Assembly (NCBI RefSeq): GCF_025273655.1
Contig: NZ_CP045921.1
Coordinates: 990,001-1,022,000, forward strand
Length of the DNA: 32,000 nucleotides
Source: Candidatus Saccharimonadota bacterium
GTDB taxonomy: Bacteria > Patescibacteriota > Saccharimonadia > Saccharimonadales > Saccharimonadaceae
Direction: 5' to 3'
Positions 1 through 7,658 of the stretch are shown piece by piece (positions within the stretch are counted from its first letter, which is position 1; each line of letters starts with the position of its first letter). The notes below the pieces were generated by a model that searched no databases, was not told the DNA's origin, and saw nothing but the letters and a program-made list of their open reading frames with translations. Made by a program: the position numbers and the translations under genes.

Positions 1-256
1 CCGCTGCGAAACTCGGGAAAAAAGCCAAGGCTGCGAAGTACGCAATACCAGCAGCCAGTGTCATAGTATTGCGCTCATTCATATCACTCAGCACTTCGCC
101 AACGACAGAGCGATGACTCGCCCATGGAAGTCCAAAGGGACTATGTGCTGCAAGCTTGGCATTGCTACGCTCATGCCGAAGCCAAGAAAACGTCAGCGCC
201 GTGCCGAGCGCTCCTACAATACCGGCAGCAATACCGATGTATTTCTTGTGCTTCAT
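1..256 (-). CDS. YihY/BrkB-family membrane protein, N-terminal part (gene runs off the window edge)
   Basis: This minus-strand ORF is not in the supplied track because it is truncated. The ATG is at 256-254. The translation is MKHKKYIGIAAGIVGALGTALTFSWL...NTMTLAAGIAYFAALAFFPSFAA. A TM helix followed by an AAGxAYxxxLxxFP-type motif is typical of YihY/BrkB-family proteins. Confidence 0.5.
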   Translation of the reverse strand, partial: MKHKKYIGIAAGIVGALGTALTFSWLRHERSNAKLAAHSPFGLPWASHRSVVGEVLSDMNERNTMTLAAGIAYFAALAFFPSFAA

Positions 257-276
257 CGTAGCTTGATTGTAACACT

Positions 277-1191
277 CTAGCGCTTACGGAGGAAGTATAC
301 CCCGAGCGGCAGCGCGACAAGCGCACTCAGACCGATCACTATCCAGAACATATATGGCGCATGTTCTCCCGGAAGGTCAACATTCATGCCAAACAACCCG
401 GCAAACATGGTCGGGATGGTGCAAGTGAGAGTGATAACAGTGAGCAAGCGGATTGTTTCGTTGAGCCTGGTATCCATGACCGCGCGGTAACTGTCGCGGA
501 GATTGGTGATAGTACGCAGCAGCGATTTACAGCGAGCGATGAGCTGTTCAAAGTCGATCGAGAGATCTTCCACCAAATCACGATCGTCTTCGTAGAGTGG
601 TAAAATCTTGCCACTAAGAAGCTTTTCAAGTGCAGTGTTGGTAGGCTGAAGTGCGTCTAGGTAATCGTTGAGTTTGCGCTCATATTCGGTCATAGTGGCG
701 ATGTCGCGAGCTTTGAGTGTATGGACGCTACTAGTGGTAGCGCGCATCTGACGATTGATGGTGGCGATGCGCGTCTGGTATTGCCGTGCGATAGCATCGA
801 GCATGTGCATCAGAAGTTTTGGCTGCTGCGTAGTAGGCGCAAGCGTCCGGTCGATAAAAGGCTGCCAGAGCCGCCCTAGACTGTCGCGACTTACTGTCAC
901 CAGATATTTGTTACTGAGTGCAAACATGATCGGCGTTGTGAAATCGTTGAACTCATCGTCTGTATCCGGCAGACGCGTGATGAAGTATGTCCAACCATCC
1001 TCCAGCTCTACACGCGGCACCTCGTGCGGGTCAAGCGCATCGGCTAGGATGTCGGCATCAATACCGAGCGTCACAAGGTCTTGTTTCTCGTCGTCATTCG
1101 GTCGTTCCGAACGGATCCAGCTACCAGGCTGGAGTTCGTCGCGCTGTTTGATAGCAGGTCGATAATGTGTAGAGCGAAGATATGAGATCAT
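277..1191 (-). CDS. corA: CorA-family Mg2+/Co2+ transporter
   Basis: The C-terminus has two TM helices joined by the CorA signature loop (MFAGLFGMNVDLPG, the GMN motif), preceded by a long soluble N-terminal domain. The ATG at 1191 lies about 9 nt after GAGAGGTGG. The GTG at 1197 used by the ORF track is too close to that SD. Confidence 0.9.
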   Translation of the reverse strand: MISYLRSTHYRPAIKQRDELQPGSWIRSERPNDDEKQDLVTLGIDADILADALDPHEVPRVELEDGWTYFITRLPDTDDEFNDFTTPIMFALSNKYLVTVSRDSLGRLWQPFIDRTLAPTTQQPKLLMHMLDAIARQYQTRIATINRQMRATTSSVHTLKARDIATMTEYERKLNDYLDALQPTNTALEKLLSGKILPLYEDDRDLVEDLSIDFEQLIARCKSLLRTITNLRDSYRAVMDTRLNETIRLLTVITLTCTIPTMFAGLFGMNVDLPGEHAPYMFWIVIGLSALVALPLGVYFLRKR

Positions 1192-1299
1192 ACTCACCCA
1201 CCTCTCGTATGGTTATATTTGCTATATAGTTAGCTATATTTTAGCATATTTTTTGTTCAAATGCAAGCACTTGCATCACTGTACCCGTATGATACTGCG

Positions 1300-1878
1300 C
1301 TATATATACAAAATCCCAAGCGATGCTTCGACCGTAAATTTACGTACAGGATGCGTGCGTCGCCATTCATCAACCGCCTTTGCCGCACCTGGCAGCGCTT
1401 CGTTGGCGTAGTCGTCCACTACTACGATGGCACCTGGCGCAAGGCGCGTCCAGATCAGTCGCAAGGGATCGAGGATAGAATCATAATAGTCTCCATCGAG
1501 AAATGCAAAACTAATTTGCTGCGGCACTTGCTCTGGCGTAATTTCGGAGAACCAGCCTTTGGTGATACGCGGCATAGGCACGTTGGCTTGCTTGAGGTTA
1601 CGGACCAACTCTTTTTTCGTCGCGAGGAGTTCGCCTGCACGAAACTGCTCACCTGCAGGGCTGGCATCTTCTATGCGTTTCTCCGGCAAACCTTCGAAGG
1701 AGTCGTAAAGCCAGAGGTGTTTGCCAGCGTCACGCAGTGTGTCTGCCAAATACACACTTGTCGTGCCCACATAGCAACCAAACTCCACCACATCTCCCGA
1801 CACATCACGCGTCCGCGCCAGTTCACGTAGTACTACCTGTACCTCGCGCTCACTCACTTGGTCGGATAAAAGTTTCAT
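1300..1878 (-). CDS. Class I SAM-dependent methyltransferase, TylF/MycF (macrocin O-methyltransferase)-like
   Basis: Motifs seen are DVVEFGCYVGTTSVYLA (SAM-binding glycine loop), LYDSFEGLPE, and FAFLDGDYYDSILDPLRLIWTRLAPGAIVVVDDY. This is the TylF-family pattern. I placed the start at MKLLSDQ (1878) because the longer ORF (to 1917) would run through the upstream gene's terminator hairpin. Confidence 0.75.
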   Translation of the reverse strand: MKLLSDQVSEREVQVVLRELARTRDVSGDVVEFGCYVGTTSVYLADTLRDAGKHLWLYDSFEGLPEKRIEDASPAGEQFRAGELLATKKELVRNLKQANVPMPRITKGWFSEITPEQVPQQISFAFLDGDYYDSILDPLRLIWTRLAPGAIVVVDDYANEALPGAAKAVDEWRRTHPVRKFTVEASLGILYI

Positions 1879-1894
1879 CTTGTAGCAGTATATC

Positions 1895-1927
1895 AAAATC
1901 GCCCCGTACTTGGACACGGGGCGATTT
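1895..1927 (-). terminator. Rho-independent terminator of the surface-protein gene ending at 1943
   Basis: A perfect 10-bp stem, atcgccccgt (1898-1907) / acggggcgat (1916-1925), is extendable by A/T pairs. On the minus strand it is followed by TTTTGATAT. Confidence 0.7.
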
Positions 1928-1942
1928 ATGCATGCTAGGATA

Positions 1943-2965
1943 CTAGCGGCCGCGGCCGGTGCTGGTGCCTGGTTTGCGGTTTTTGCTCTTTCGTACGATA
2001 AACCAGATGAGCAGGCCGATCAGGATGAGCACTATTACTAACGCGACAAGCGCCAAGATGATGTAGAGCTGTGGAATCACCCAAAACGAACGCGTTTGCT
2101 CGATTGTCTGGTTTTTGGTGCCATAGGTAAACGTAGCATGAACTTCGTATTTGCCAAATGTACCGATGTTTTTGAGTGGTACATCCCAGCGGCGATTGCT
2201 GTCTGGCAGCACCATTTCGCGTGGCACTTTTTGATTGAAATCTGCCTCGTAGACTACCTTGCTACCGTTTTTCACCGATACTTTGCCAAACGGAGACAAG
2301 TGCACGTCACCGTCGTTGTGGAAGCGGAACGATGCCTGGATGTTGTCTGGCGTAGTGAAGTATGTCTTGTTGGCACCGTCTTGCTGCAAGTCGAAGTTTG
2401 TCAGCGTGAGGTTCTGCGTCACATTTCCTGGGACGGTTGCAAGTACAATACTTGCTACGCTAGCGCTCAGGTTTACCTGACCACCGCTATCTGGCGTGGT
2501 CGGTGCGAAGCGTACTGCACCGAAGTAACCGCCCGGTTTTGCGTCGCGTGGAGCGTTGAAGGTAACTTCTACTACCTGAGTCTTCTTTGCTGGAATACTA
2601 AAGTTGGCAAGTGGCGCCATAAAGCGTTTGAGACTGTGGCTTCCCGCATACTTATCTGCATCAAGGATAAGAGCTGGCGTACCACGCTCGTCACCGGATA
2701 CAAAGTCGTTCGCGAGAGGCTTGACGTCGATCTGTGCACCGGTGAGGTTGGTCACAACCATTTTGATCGTCTTGCTCTCGCCCGGCTTGAGCTCTATATC
2801 GCTGCGCACTGGCGACACCTTGAGCGTATTGGCTGTCGCCGCATGCGCATGTTGCACCTGCACACTCGCTGCTACAAATGCAGCCAGCACCACCATGGCC
2901 ACAACACTAATGATCGTACGTACGTTTGTCTGAATTTGTTGTTTTAACACACCTTTGTTTCCCAT
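1943..2965 (-). CDS. Surface-locus protein A1: signal peptide, Ig-like beta-rich ectodomain, C-terminal TM anchor with basic tail (CscA/DUF916-DUF3324-like topology)
   Basis: The N-terminal signal peptide is ...VAASVQVQHAHA. The C-terminal TM is LYIILALVALVIVLILIGLLIWFIV, followed by RKSKNRKPG. It is a clear paralogue of 5350..6393: shared blocks are L[KS][VI][ST]P after the signal peptide, PG[NE]V..NLTL..F, and N[DN]G[DN]V. The family assignment rests on motif and topology only. Confidence 0.7.
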   Translation of the reverse strand: MGNKGVLKQQIQTNVRTIISVVAMVVLAAFVAASVQVQHAHAATANTLKVSPVRSDIELKPGESKTIKMVVTNLTGAQIDVKPLANDFVSGDERGTPALILDADKYAGSHSLKRFMAPLANFSIPAKKTQVVEVTFNAPRDAKPGGYFGAVRFAPTTPDSGGQVNLSASVASIVLATVPGNVTQNLTLTNFDLQQDGANKTYFTTPDNIQASFRFHNDGDVHLSPFGKVSVKNGSKVVYEADFNQKVPREMVLPDSNRRWDVPLKNIGTFGKYEVHATFTYGTKNQTIEQTRSFWVIPQLYIILALVALVIVLILIGLLIWFIVRKSKNRKPGTSTGRGR

Positions 2966-3026
2966 TTACTAGAATTCTCTTCTAGCATACCAGATGTGCT
3001 TATGTTTGCCTATGGTAGAACATGCA

Positions 3027-3055
3027 ATAACACCCCTCGCATGGAGGGGTGTTAT
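3027..3055 (-). terminator. Hairpin terminator downstream of gene 3074..4240
   Basis: A perfect 12-bp stem, ataacacccctc / gaggggtgttat, has a 5-nt loop (gcatg). The T-tract on the minus strand is only moderate (TTGCATGTTCT). Confidence 0.55.
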
Positions 3056-3073
3056 ATCGAGACTTATCGTAGA

Positions 3074-4240
3074 CTAGAACTTACCAGTTGCAATGAGGCT
3101 TAGGGCGGCCGAGTAGCTACCAGCCGGAGTGTTGTTGGCTGCTTTCGCGCCGAATGTCAGCTCCATGTTCTTGTTGAGGGCTGGTGCGCCAGCAGTGTTC
3201 AGGAAGTCATCGCCATACACGCTTGTTACGCCAGTAGCGTTCCCGCTCAGATAATTCATGCGGTAGTTACTTGTATTGTAGTTGGCGTTTGCCGCTGCAT
3301 AGGCACCATCGGAAACCGTACCATTGGTTGCCGTTGCAAGCTTAACGCCAAACTTGGCACCCGCATCCGCATCTAGCACATCACTCAGGAGTGCAGGAGC
3401 GATGCCACAACCTGTCGTATTATCCGTAGCACCGGCACGAACAAGGCCACCACAGTCTGTCGCGCTACTCTTAAGTCGCACGACTGCACCGCTTGCCGCG
3501 TTGGTAGTGATTTGAGTATGCACACTACCGGTACTTACCTCATCTGACTGCAAGGCGACCACGCCATTGCCAAGATCTTTGCCAAGTTTCAATGTTGGTG
3601 CAGTAAGGGCTGGTGCACTAGGACCACCACCTACACACCCATCATCAATTGCTTCACCAGAGATGCAGAAGGTCAGACTTTCAAGCACATCACCCGATAC
3701 TGCGATGCCATCAGTGATAGCAAGTGCCACAGAGCCTGTATCGCGAGGAGAGCCAATAGTGTCACCGTCAGTATAAGCTGTATCACCAGTACCATATGTC
3801 AAGATACGAGCATACAATGCATCTTCAGATGTAGATGGGTTTGTGATACCTGTAATTGTAAAGTTCAATGTTTGACCAGCAGTAGATGCCACGGTCTTCG
3901 TCACCACCACTTTACTTGCTGTAGCGCTACCGAGTGAGTAGCCTGATGTCGAGACGCCTGCACCACTAGCGCTAAAACCGGTTGGGGCATCACACGTCTG
4001 ACCAATCAATGGGCTATTTTTACAAAAATCGAGCACAATTGTCTCCGCACCTGCGGTTGGAGCTGTAAACTCAACGCCATAAGAGACACTTGTAGCGCTC
4101 TTTGTCGAGCTACTCAACTGAATCGAGCGATCCTCTAGCTGCGCAGCATTAGCCATAACTGGCACGAAGACCGAAAAAGCCACCAGCAGCGCTGCCACGA
4201 CGTATCGTGATTTATCACTAATAATTCTCAAGGTATTCAT
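3074..4240 (-). CDS. Secreted beta-rich surface/fibre-family protein, paralogue 1
   Basis: The signal peptide ends ...VPVMANA|AQLEDRSIQLSSS. It is Thr/Ser/Gly/Ala-rich with paired Cys loops (LDFCKNSPLIGQTCDAP; LTFCISGEAIDDGCVGG). The C-terminus is NTPAGSYSAALSLIATGKF. The ATG at 4240 follows GAGGAAGAG; the track's first codon is GTG at 4246. Confidence 0.8.
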   Translation of the reverse strand: MNTLRIISDKSRYVVAALLVAFSVFVPVMANAAQLEDRSIQLSSSTKSATSVSYGVEFTAPTAGAETIVLDFCKNSPLIGQTCDAPTGFSASGAGVSTSGYSLGSATASKVVVTKTVASTAGQTLNFTITGITNPSTSEDALYARILTYGTGDTAYTDGDTIGSPRDTGSVALAITDGIAVSGDVLESLTFCISGEAIDDGCVGGGPSAPALTAPTLKLGKDLGNGVVALQSDEVSTGSVHTQITTNAASGAVVRLKSSATDCGGLVRAGATDNTTGCGIAPALLSDVLDADAGAKFGVKLATATNGTVSDGAYAAANANYNTSNYRMNYLSGNATGVTSVYGDDFLNTAGAPALNKNMELTFGAKAANNTPAGSYSAALSLIATGKF

Positions 4241-4299
4241 ACCCACTCTTCCTCATTCCCCTCATTTTTAAGTTATTTGTTTTGTTTAGGAACGTCCTC

Positions 4300-4330
4300 A
4301 TTGTAACATGCTTATACTTATATCTGTCAA
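4300..4330 (-). promoter_or_regulatory. Putative sigma70-type promoter for gene 3074..4240
   Basis: The minus strand reads TTGACA (4330-4325), a 19-nt spacer, then TGtTACAAT, which is an extended -10 (hexamer 4305-4300). The spacer is slightly long. Confidence 0.4.
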
Positions 4331-4361
4331 CATGTTTTTTACGAACTAGATTTTCCGCAAA

Positions 4362-5297
4362 TTATTTCTTCGGCTTCACATCGTCGCGCTCACGCATCAT
4401 CTTGTGGCGGATAGAAACCATCTGGCTGCGGCGCCCAAGCCAATACGATGGGATGAGCAGTGCAATGCCGATGGCCGTAGGCACCCACATGATCGTCGGC
4501 TTCTCCACTACCTGTGTCTTCACCTCTTCTTTTGGCTGCTCCTGCGTGCCGTCTACCTGCCCGCTCGCTACCGCGACCAGCTGGAGAAACGCCGAGACAC
4601 CGTTGACATCTGTGACGGTGATATTGACGGTATAAATACCTGCTTTCTTGTACGTATGTGAAATATTCACGACACCTGCAAGCGCTTGACTCTTGAGCTC
4701 TGGTTTACCGCCATCGCCCCAGTCGATACTAAACGCGTACGGACCGGTACCACCCGTGAGCTGAAGTGGCCAAGTGAGCACATCGCCAGCAGCTGCCGAG
4801 CGCCGACCATACGAACTTGTGAGAGTAATGAGAGTGCCAAACGCGGTGAAATTGGTGGCGTTATACGTAATCGTGACGATGTTTGACACTGGACCCGCCT
4901 GCCCTAGATCGTCGTAAACGATAGCACTCAGCTCGTTGGTGCCAGAAAAGAGGCTCACTTGCAAACTAAAGCTCCCGCCGGCACACATCACTGCGCCCAC
5001 CATGACACCGTTGTTGTATACCTGCACCAGCAGACCCGTGGGGCAAATACCACTCACTGTCACCGGAGAGGTGGAGGTAGCGCCCCCGCCAGGTGTCGTA
5101 ATCGTGGCGCCCTGTGTAGGTGGCGCCTGCGTCTTGGTGGCTTGCAGGCCATATGAGCCCGGCTTAGGATTCGGCGTCGGAAGCGGATTGAGAGCGCTCA
5201 CCTGCCCCCCGTACACAAACACATTCAGCGCCAGCAGACACACGCCGACTAGAATCGACCGTGCCCACTGGTTGCTGAGTGTGAAGTACCGTATCAT
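4362..5297 (-). CDS. Membrane-anchored surface protein with Ig-like and PKD domains
   Basis: There is an N-terminal signal/TM segment (ILVGVCLLALNVFVYGG). The Ig-like segment is VTVSGICPTGLLVQVYNNG...GTNELSAIVYDDLGQAGP. The PKD signature is YAFSIDWGDGG...ISHTYKKAGIYTVNITVTDVNGVS. The C-terminal TM is MWVPTAIGIALLIPSYWLG, followed by a basic tail. Confidence 0.8.
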   Translation of the reverse strand: MIRYFTLSNQWARSILVGVCLLALNVFVYGGQVSALNPLPTPNPKPGSYGLQATKTQAPPTQGATITTPGGGATSTSPVTVSGICPTGLLVQVYNNGVMVGAVMCAGGSFSLQVSLFSGTNELSAIVYDDLGQAGPVSNIVTITYNATNFTAFGTLITLTSSYGRRSAAAGDVLTWPLQLTGGTGPYAFSIDWGDGGKPELKSQALAGVVNISHTYKKAGIYTVNITVTDVNGVSAFLQLVAVASGQVDGTQEQPKEEVKTQVVEKPTIMWVPTAIGIALLIPSYWLGRRSQMVSIRHKMMRERDDVKPKK

Positions 5298-5349
5298 GTT
5301 TGTGCTTATATCTTAGCGTGTTGATGCGCTAGTGTTCAAACGTTTTCTG

Positions 5350-6393
5350 TTATTTTTTGCGACTAGATTTCTTGCCGACTTTGCCGCGAACTGAGCTGTA
5401 GGCGCGATAGCCGAAGTAGGCGATCACAAGTAGCGCGAGGATGAAAACGATAATTGACCAGATAGGTGCATAGATGAACCAGCTACTTCCCAACAGATCT
5501 TGCGTACGGTTACCGTTTTGACCGTAGTACATGTCAAGGCTAAGGCGATAAAAGCCAGGCCAAAGACCAGAATTTGTACATTCCGTTGACTCTGCACTGC
5601 CACCCTCAAACTGTCTTTGATCATATTTGAGCGCCACACATGTAGTGTAGGTGCGCGTTTGACCTATGAGAGCAAGTGACTTATTGGGGTTAATTTCTGT
5701 AATTGTCTTGTCGTTGCCAAATAATGGCTTCACGGTGATACTTCCCGCTGGTGCCTCGGTTACGTTGCCGTTATTTTTGAGCGTATAGGCAATATTCCTT
5801 GGATCGTTCGTCGTAAAAGATGTGTAATTGGCAGAATTATTTTTGCCTGGAACATACGCACCAAATTTCTCTAGTGTCAGATTTTCCTTTACTTCACCTG
5901 GTATATTAACAAAGGCAAGCGTCACGCCAGAAGCATTAAGGCCCACATTGCCGCCATCTGGAGCGGCACCAGAAGAATATACAATCGCACTATAGTAGCT
6001 ACCTGCACCATGTTTGGCTGGTACTGCGATGCCCATATCTATAGTTTTGGAGCCTTTTGCAGGCACCGTCACGGTTTTTGGTACTGTCAGAAATGGCTTT
6101 GCAGACCAGGTTGTTTGCGGTGCATCCTCGGCAAGCATTAGCTTTGGCGTACCACCCTCATCAGTATACGTAAAGTCAACCACTCGGAGTGTTAAGTCAA
6201 GTTCTCGCTCTTGATCTAGGTTGCGGATAATCAGCGTATCCTTAGCAGACTTACCGGGCTCAATTGTGTAATTTTTCTTCGGCGTAATACTCAGCGCAGC
6301 AGAAGACACGGCAGCTGCCTGGTGATATGGCACAAGTGTCGCGCCCAATATTACGGCACATGCTGTCAACACTATGCTCTTCAAGCGTTTCAT
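5350..6393 (-). CDS. Surface-locus protein A2: signal peptide, Ig-like ectodomain, C-terminal TM anchor (paralogue of 1943..2965)
   Basis: The signal peptide is MKRLKSIVLTACAVILGATLVPYHQAAA. The C-terminal TM is IWSIIVFILALLVIAYFGY, followed by RAYSSVRGKVGKKSSRKK. Blocks are colinear with 1943..2965: SAIVYSSGAAPDGGNVGLNASGVTLAFVNIPGEVKENLTLEKF matches GAVRFAPTTPDSGGQVNLSASVASIVLATVPGNVTQNLTLTNF. Confidence 0.7.
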   Translation of the reverse strand: MKRLKSIVLTACAVILGATLVPYHQAAAVSSAALSITPKKNYTIEPGKSAKDTLIIRNLDQERELDLTLRVVDFTYTDEGGTPKLMLAEDAPQTTWSAKPFLTVPKTVTVPAKGSKTIDMGIAVPAKHGAGSYYSAIVYSSGAAPDGGNVGLNASGVTLAFVNIPGEVKENLTLEKFGAYVPGKNNSANYTSFTTNDPRNIAYTLKNNGNVTEAPAGSITVKPLFGNDKTITEINPNKSLALIGQTRTYTTCVALKYDQRQFEGGSAESTECTNSGLWPGFYRLSLDMYYGQNGNRTQDLLGSSWFIYAPIWSIIVFILALLVIAYFGYRAYSSVRGKVGKKSSRKK

Positions 6394-6469
6394 GTTTCTT
6401 TTGTTTCCCTCACATTTAACTTTTTAAATATAAGCGTATTGTACCATTTTGCCTCACTAAGGGCAATCT

Positions 6470-7549
6470 TTAAAACCGTCCGCTAGCAATATAATTGACG
6501 GAAGTAGCATATGCTCCCGGCCGTAATGTCGGGCTAGAGTTGAGAATGTAGCTCACCGTGAATTTCTTCATTAGGCTGACATTTGGTGAGTATGCAATTA
6601 TATCGCCGGACACAAACTTGTACTTATCTGGTTGAGAGTAGTCGCTGCTGGCTATAGCGTTTGCCCATTCACCCTCTGGGTTCTTGCCGATCTTTGGCTG
6701 AGTGTTCTCCACTAGATTGATACCAAATTGATTTATTCCCACCTGGCTCGCCGTCGGCTGCTCCAAGCCCCGTATCACGCTTGATCCAGCTGCCGGGGCC
6801 GAACCGTTGGCCGTAATCGCAAACCCGCCCGAGGCATTGGTGCCCACCGCCATCTGCGACTGTGCAAGCAATGTTGACTGCGAACTTAGATCCCCCATGT
6901 CAGTAAAGTAATTATCATTGGTGCCTGCACAGTTGTCATTCACTTCCTCTGCCATACAAAAGATAAGCATTGGCGGCACCTGTGTCTCCAGCTCAACACC
7001 ATGCTGTATCTGACTGCGGATACTACCGAAATCTATTTGTGAGCCACTAGCGTCCGTACTCGCATGGCTTCGCAGTCGTATCGAGAGTGCAGTATCTGTC
7101 TGAGTCGGATTGTGTATGTTGCTGAATGTATACGAAGACATGCCGTCGGTGATCGGTGCCGCGAGGCGCGAGAGCACTATATGATTCGCCGACTTCTGAG
7201 TGATATTAAAGCCTGTTTCACCAGTCTGATTGGTAAGTAGCGCTTGTGACGCGTCGATACCAGCTGGCGGATCACACGGGTGGTATGGAATCGGATCGTT
7301 ACATATCAGCATGTCTACCGACCCCACCGCCTGTGGGCTCATGAAACGAAACGACACAGTATAATCTGTAGTAGCCCCCGGCTCGTTGTCGCGGATATAC
7401 AAACTGCGATCTTGAAAGCGCATATCGGCAGATGCCGGCATGACAAATACAAAAAGTGCGAGTAGGAGTGCAACTCCCTCCATCCAGTGATGCATCCACG
7501 GATACACATGCACATGAAACCTAAACAACTTATGCTGCATGCATCTCAT
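6470..7549 (-). CDS. Secreted beta-rich surface/fibre-family protein, paralogue 2 (start uncertain)
   Basis: The signal peptide ends ...GVALLLALFVFVMPASA|DMRFQDRSLYIRD. Cys loops are MLICNDPIPYHPCDPP and LIFCMAEEVNDNCAGT. The core motif is INQFGINLVENTQPKIG. The C-terminus is RPGAYATSVNYIASGRF. The track ORF extends to 7726, but that extension overlaps the upstream gene and contains its terminator. Candidate ATG starts are at 7549, 7540, 7495 and 7483. Confidence 0.7.
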   Translation of the reverse strand: MRCMQHKLFRFHVHVYPWMHHWMEGVALLLALFVFVMPASADMRFQDRSLYIRDNEPGATTDYTVSFRFMSPQAVGSVDMLICNDPIPYHPCDPPAGIDASQALLTNQTGETGFNITQKSANHIVLSRLAAPITDGMSSYTFSNIHNPTQTDTALSIRLRSHASTDASGSQIDFGSIRSQIQHGVELETQVPPMLIFCMAEEVNDNCAGTNDNYFTDMGDLSSQSTLLAQSQMAVGTNASGGFAITANGSAPAAGSSVIRGLEQPTASQVGINQFGINLVENTQPKIGKNPEGEWANAIASSDYSQPDKYKFVSGDIIAYSPNVSLMKKFTVSYILNSSPTLRPGAYATSVNYIASGRF

Positions 7550-7585
7550 TGTACTAGATAGCAACATGAAAGCGTAGCACGACAG

Positions 7586-7616
7586 AAACAACCGACCCCT
7601 TTTGAGGCCGGTTGTT
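7586..7616 (-). terminator. Terminator of gene 7659..9260
   Basis: The minus strand reads CAACCGGCC-tcaaaag-GGTCGGTTG (one G:U pair), followed by TTTCTGTCG. Confidence 0.55.
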
Positions 7617-7658
7617 GTCTCGTACACTATTTTCTTGAGTGCTGGAGTACTGCTTTCT

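Noticed and set aside
1261-1276. The palindrome atgcaag-ca-cttgcat lies between the methyltransferase stop and the corA start.
   Set aside because: It has only a 7-bp arm with a 2-nt centre and no flanking U-tract. It could be an operator or chance, and the evidence is insufficient. The 100-nt corA leader is also too short for an M-box Mg2+ riboswitch.
1879-1917. The methyltransferase ORF has a 13-codon N-terminal extension.
   Set aside because: It would be translated through the 10-12 bp terminator stem of the upstream gene. The MKLLSDQ start gives a normal TylF-like N-terminus.
2096-2947. A 283-aa plus-strand ORF, and the shorter ORFs at 2259..2480 and 2604..2933, lie antisense to the surface-protein gene 1943..2965.
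   Set aside because: These are shadow ORFs in a GC-rich coding region. They have no SD, Cys/Trp/Arg-rich nonsense composition, and are fully contained in a gene that has a clear signal peptide, a paralogue and a terminator.
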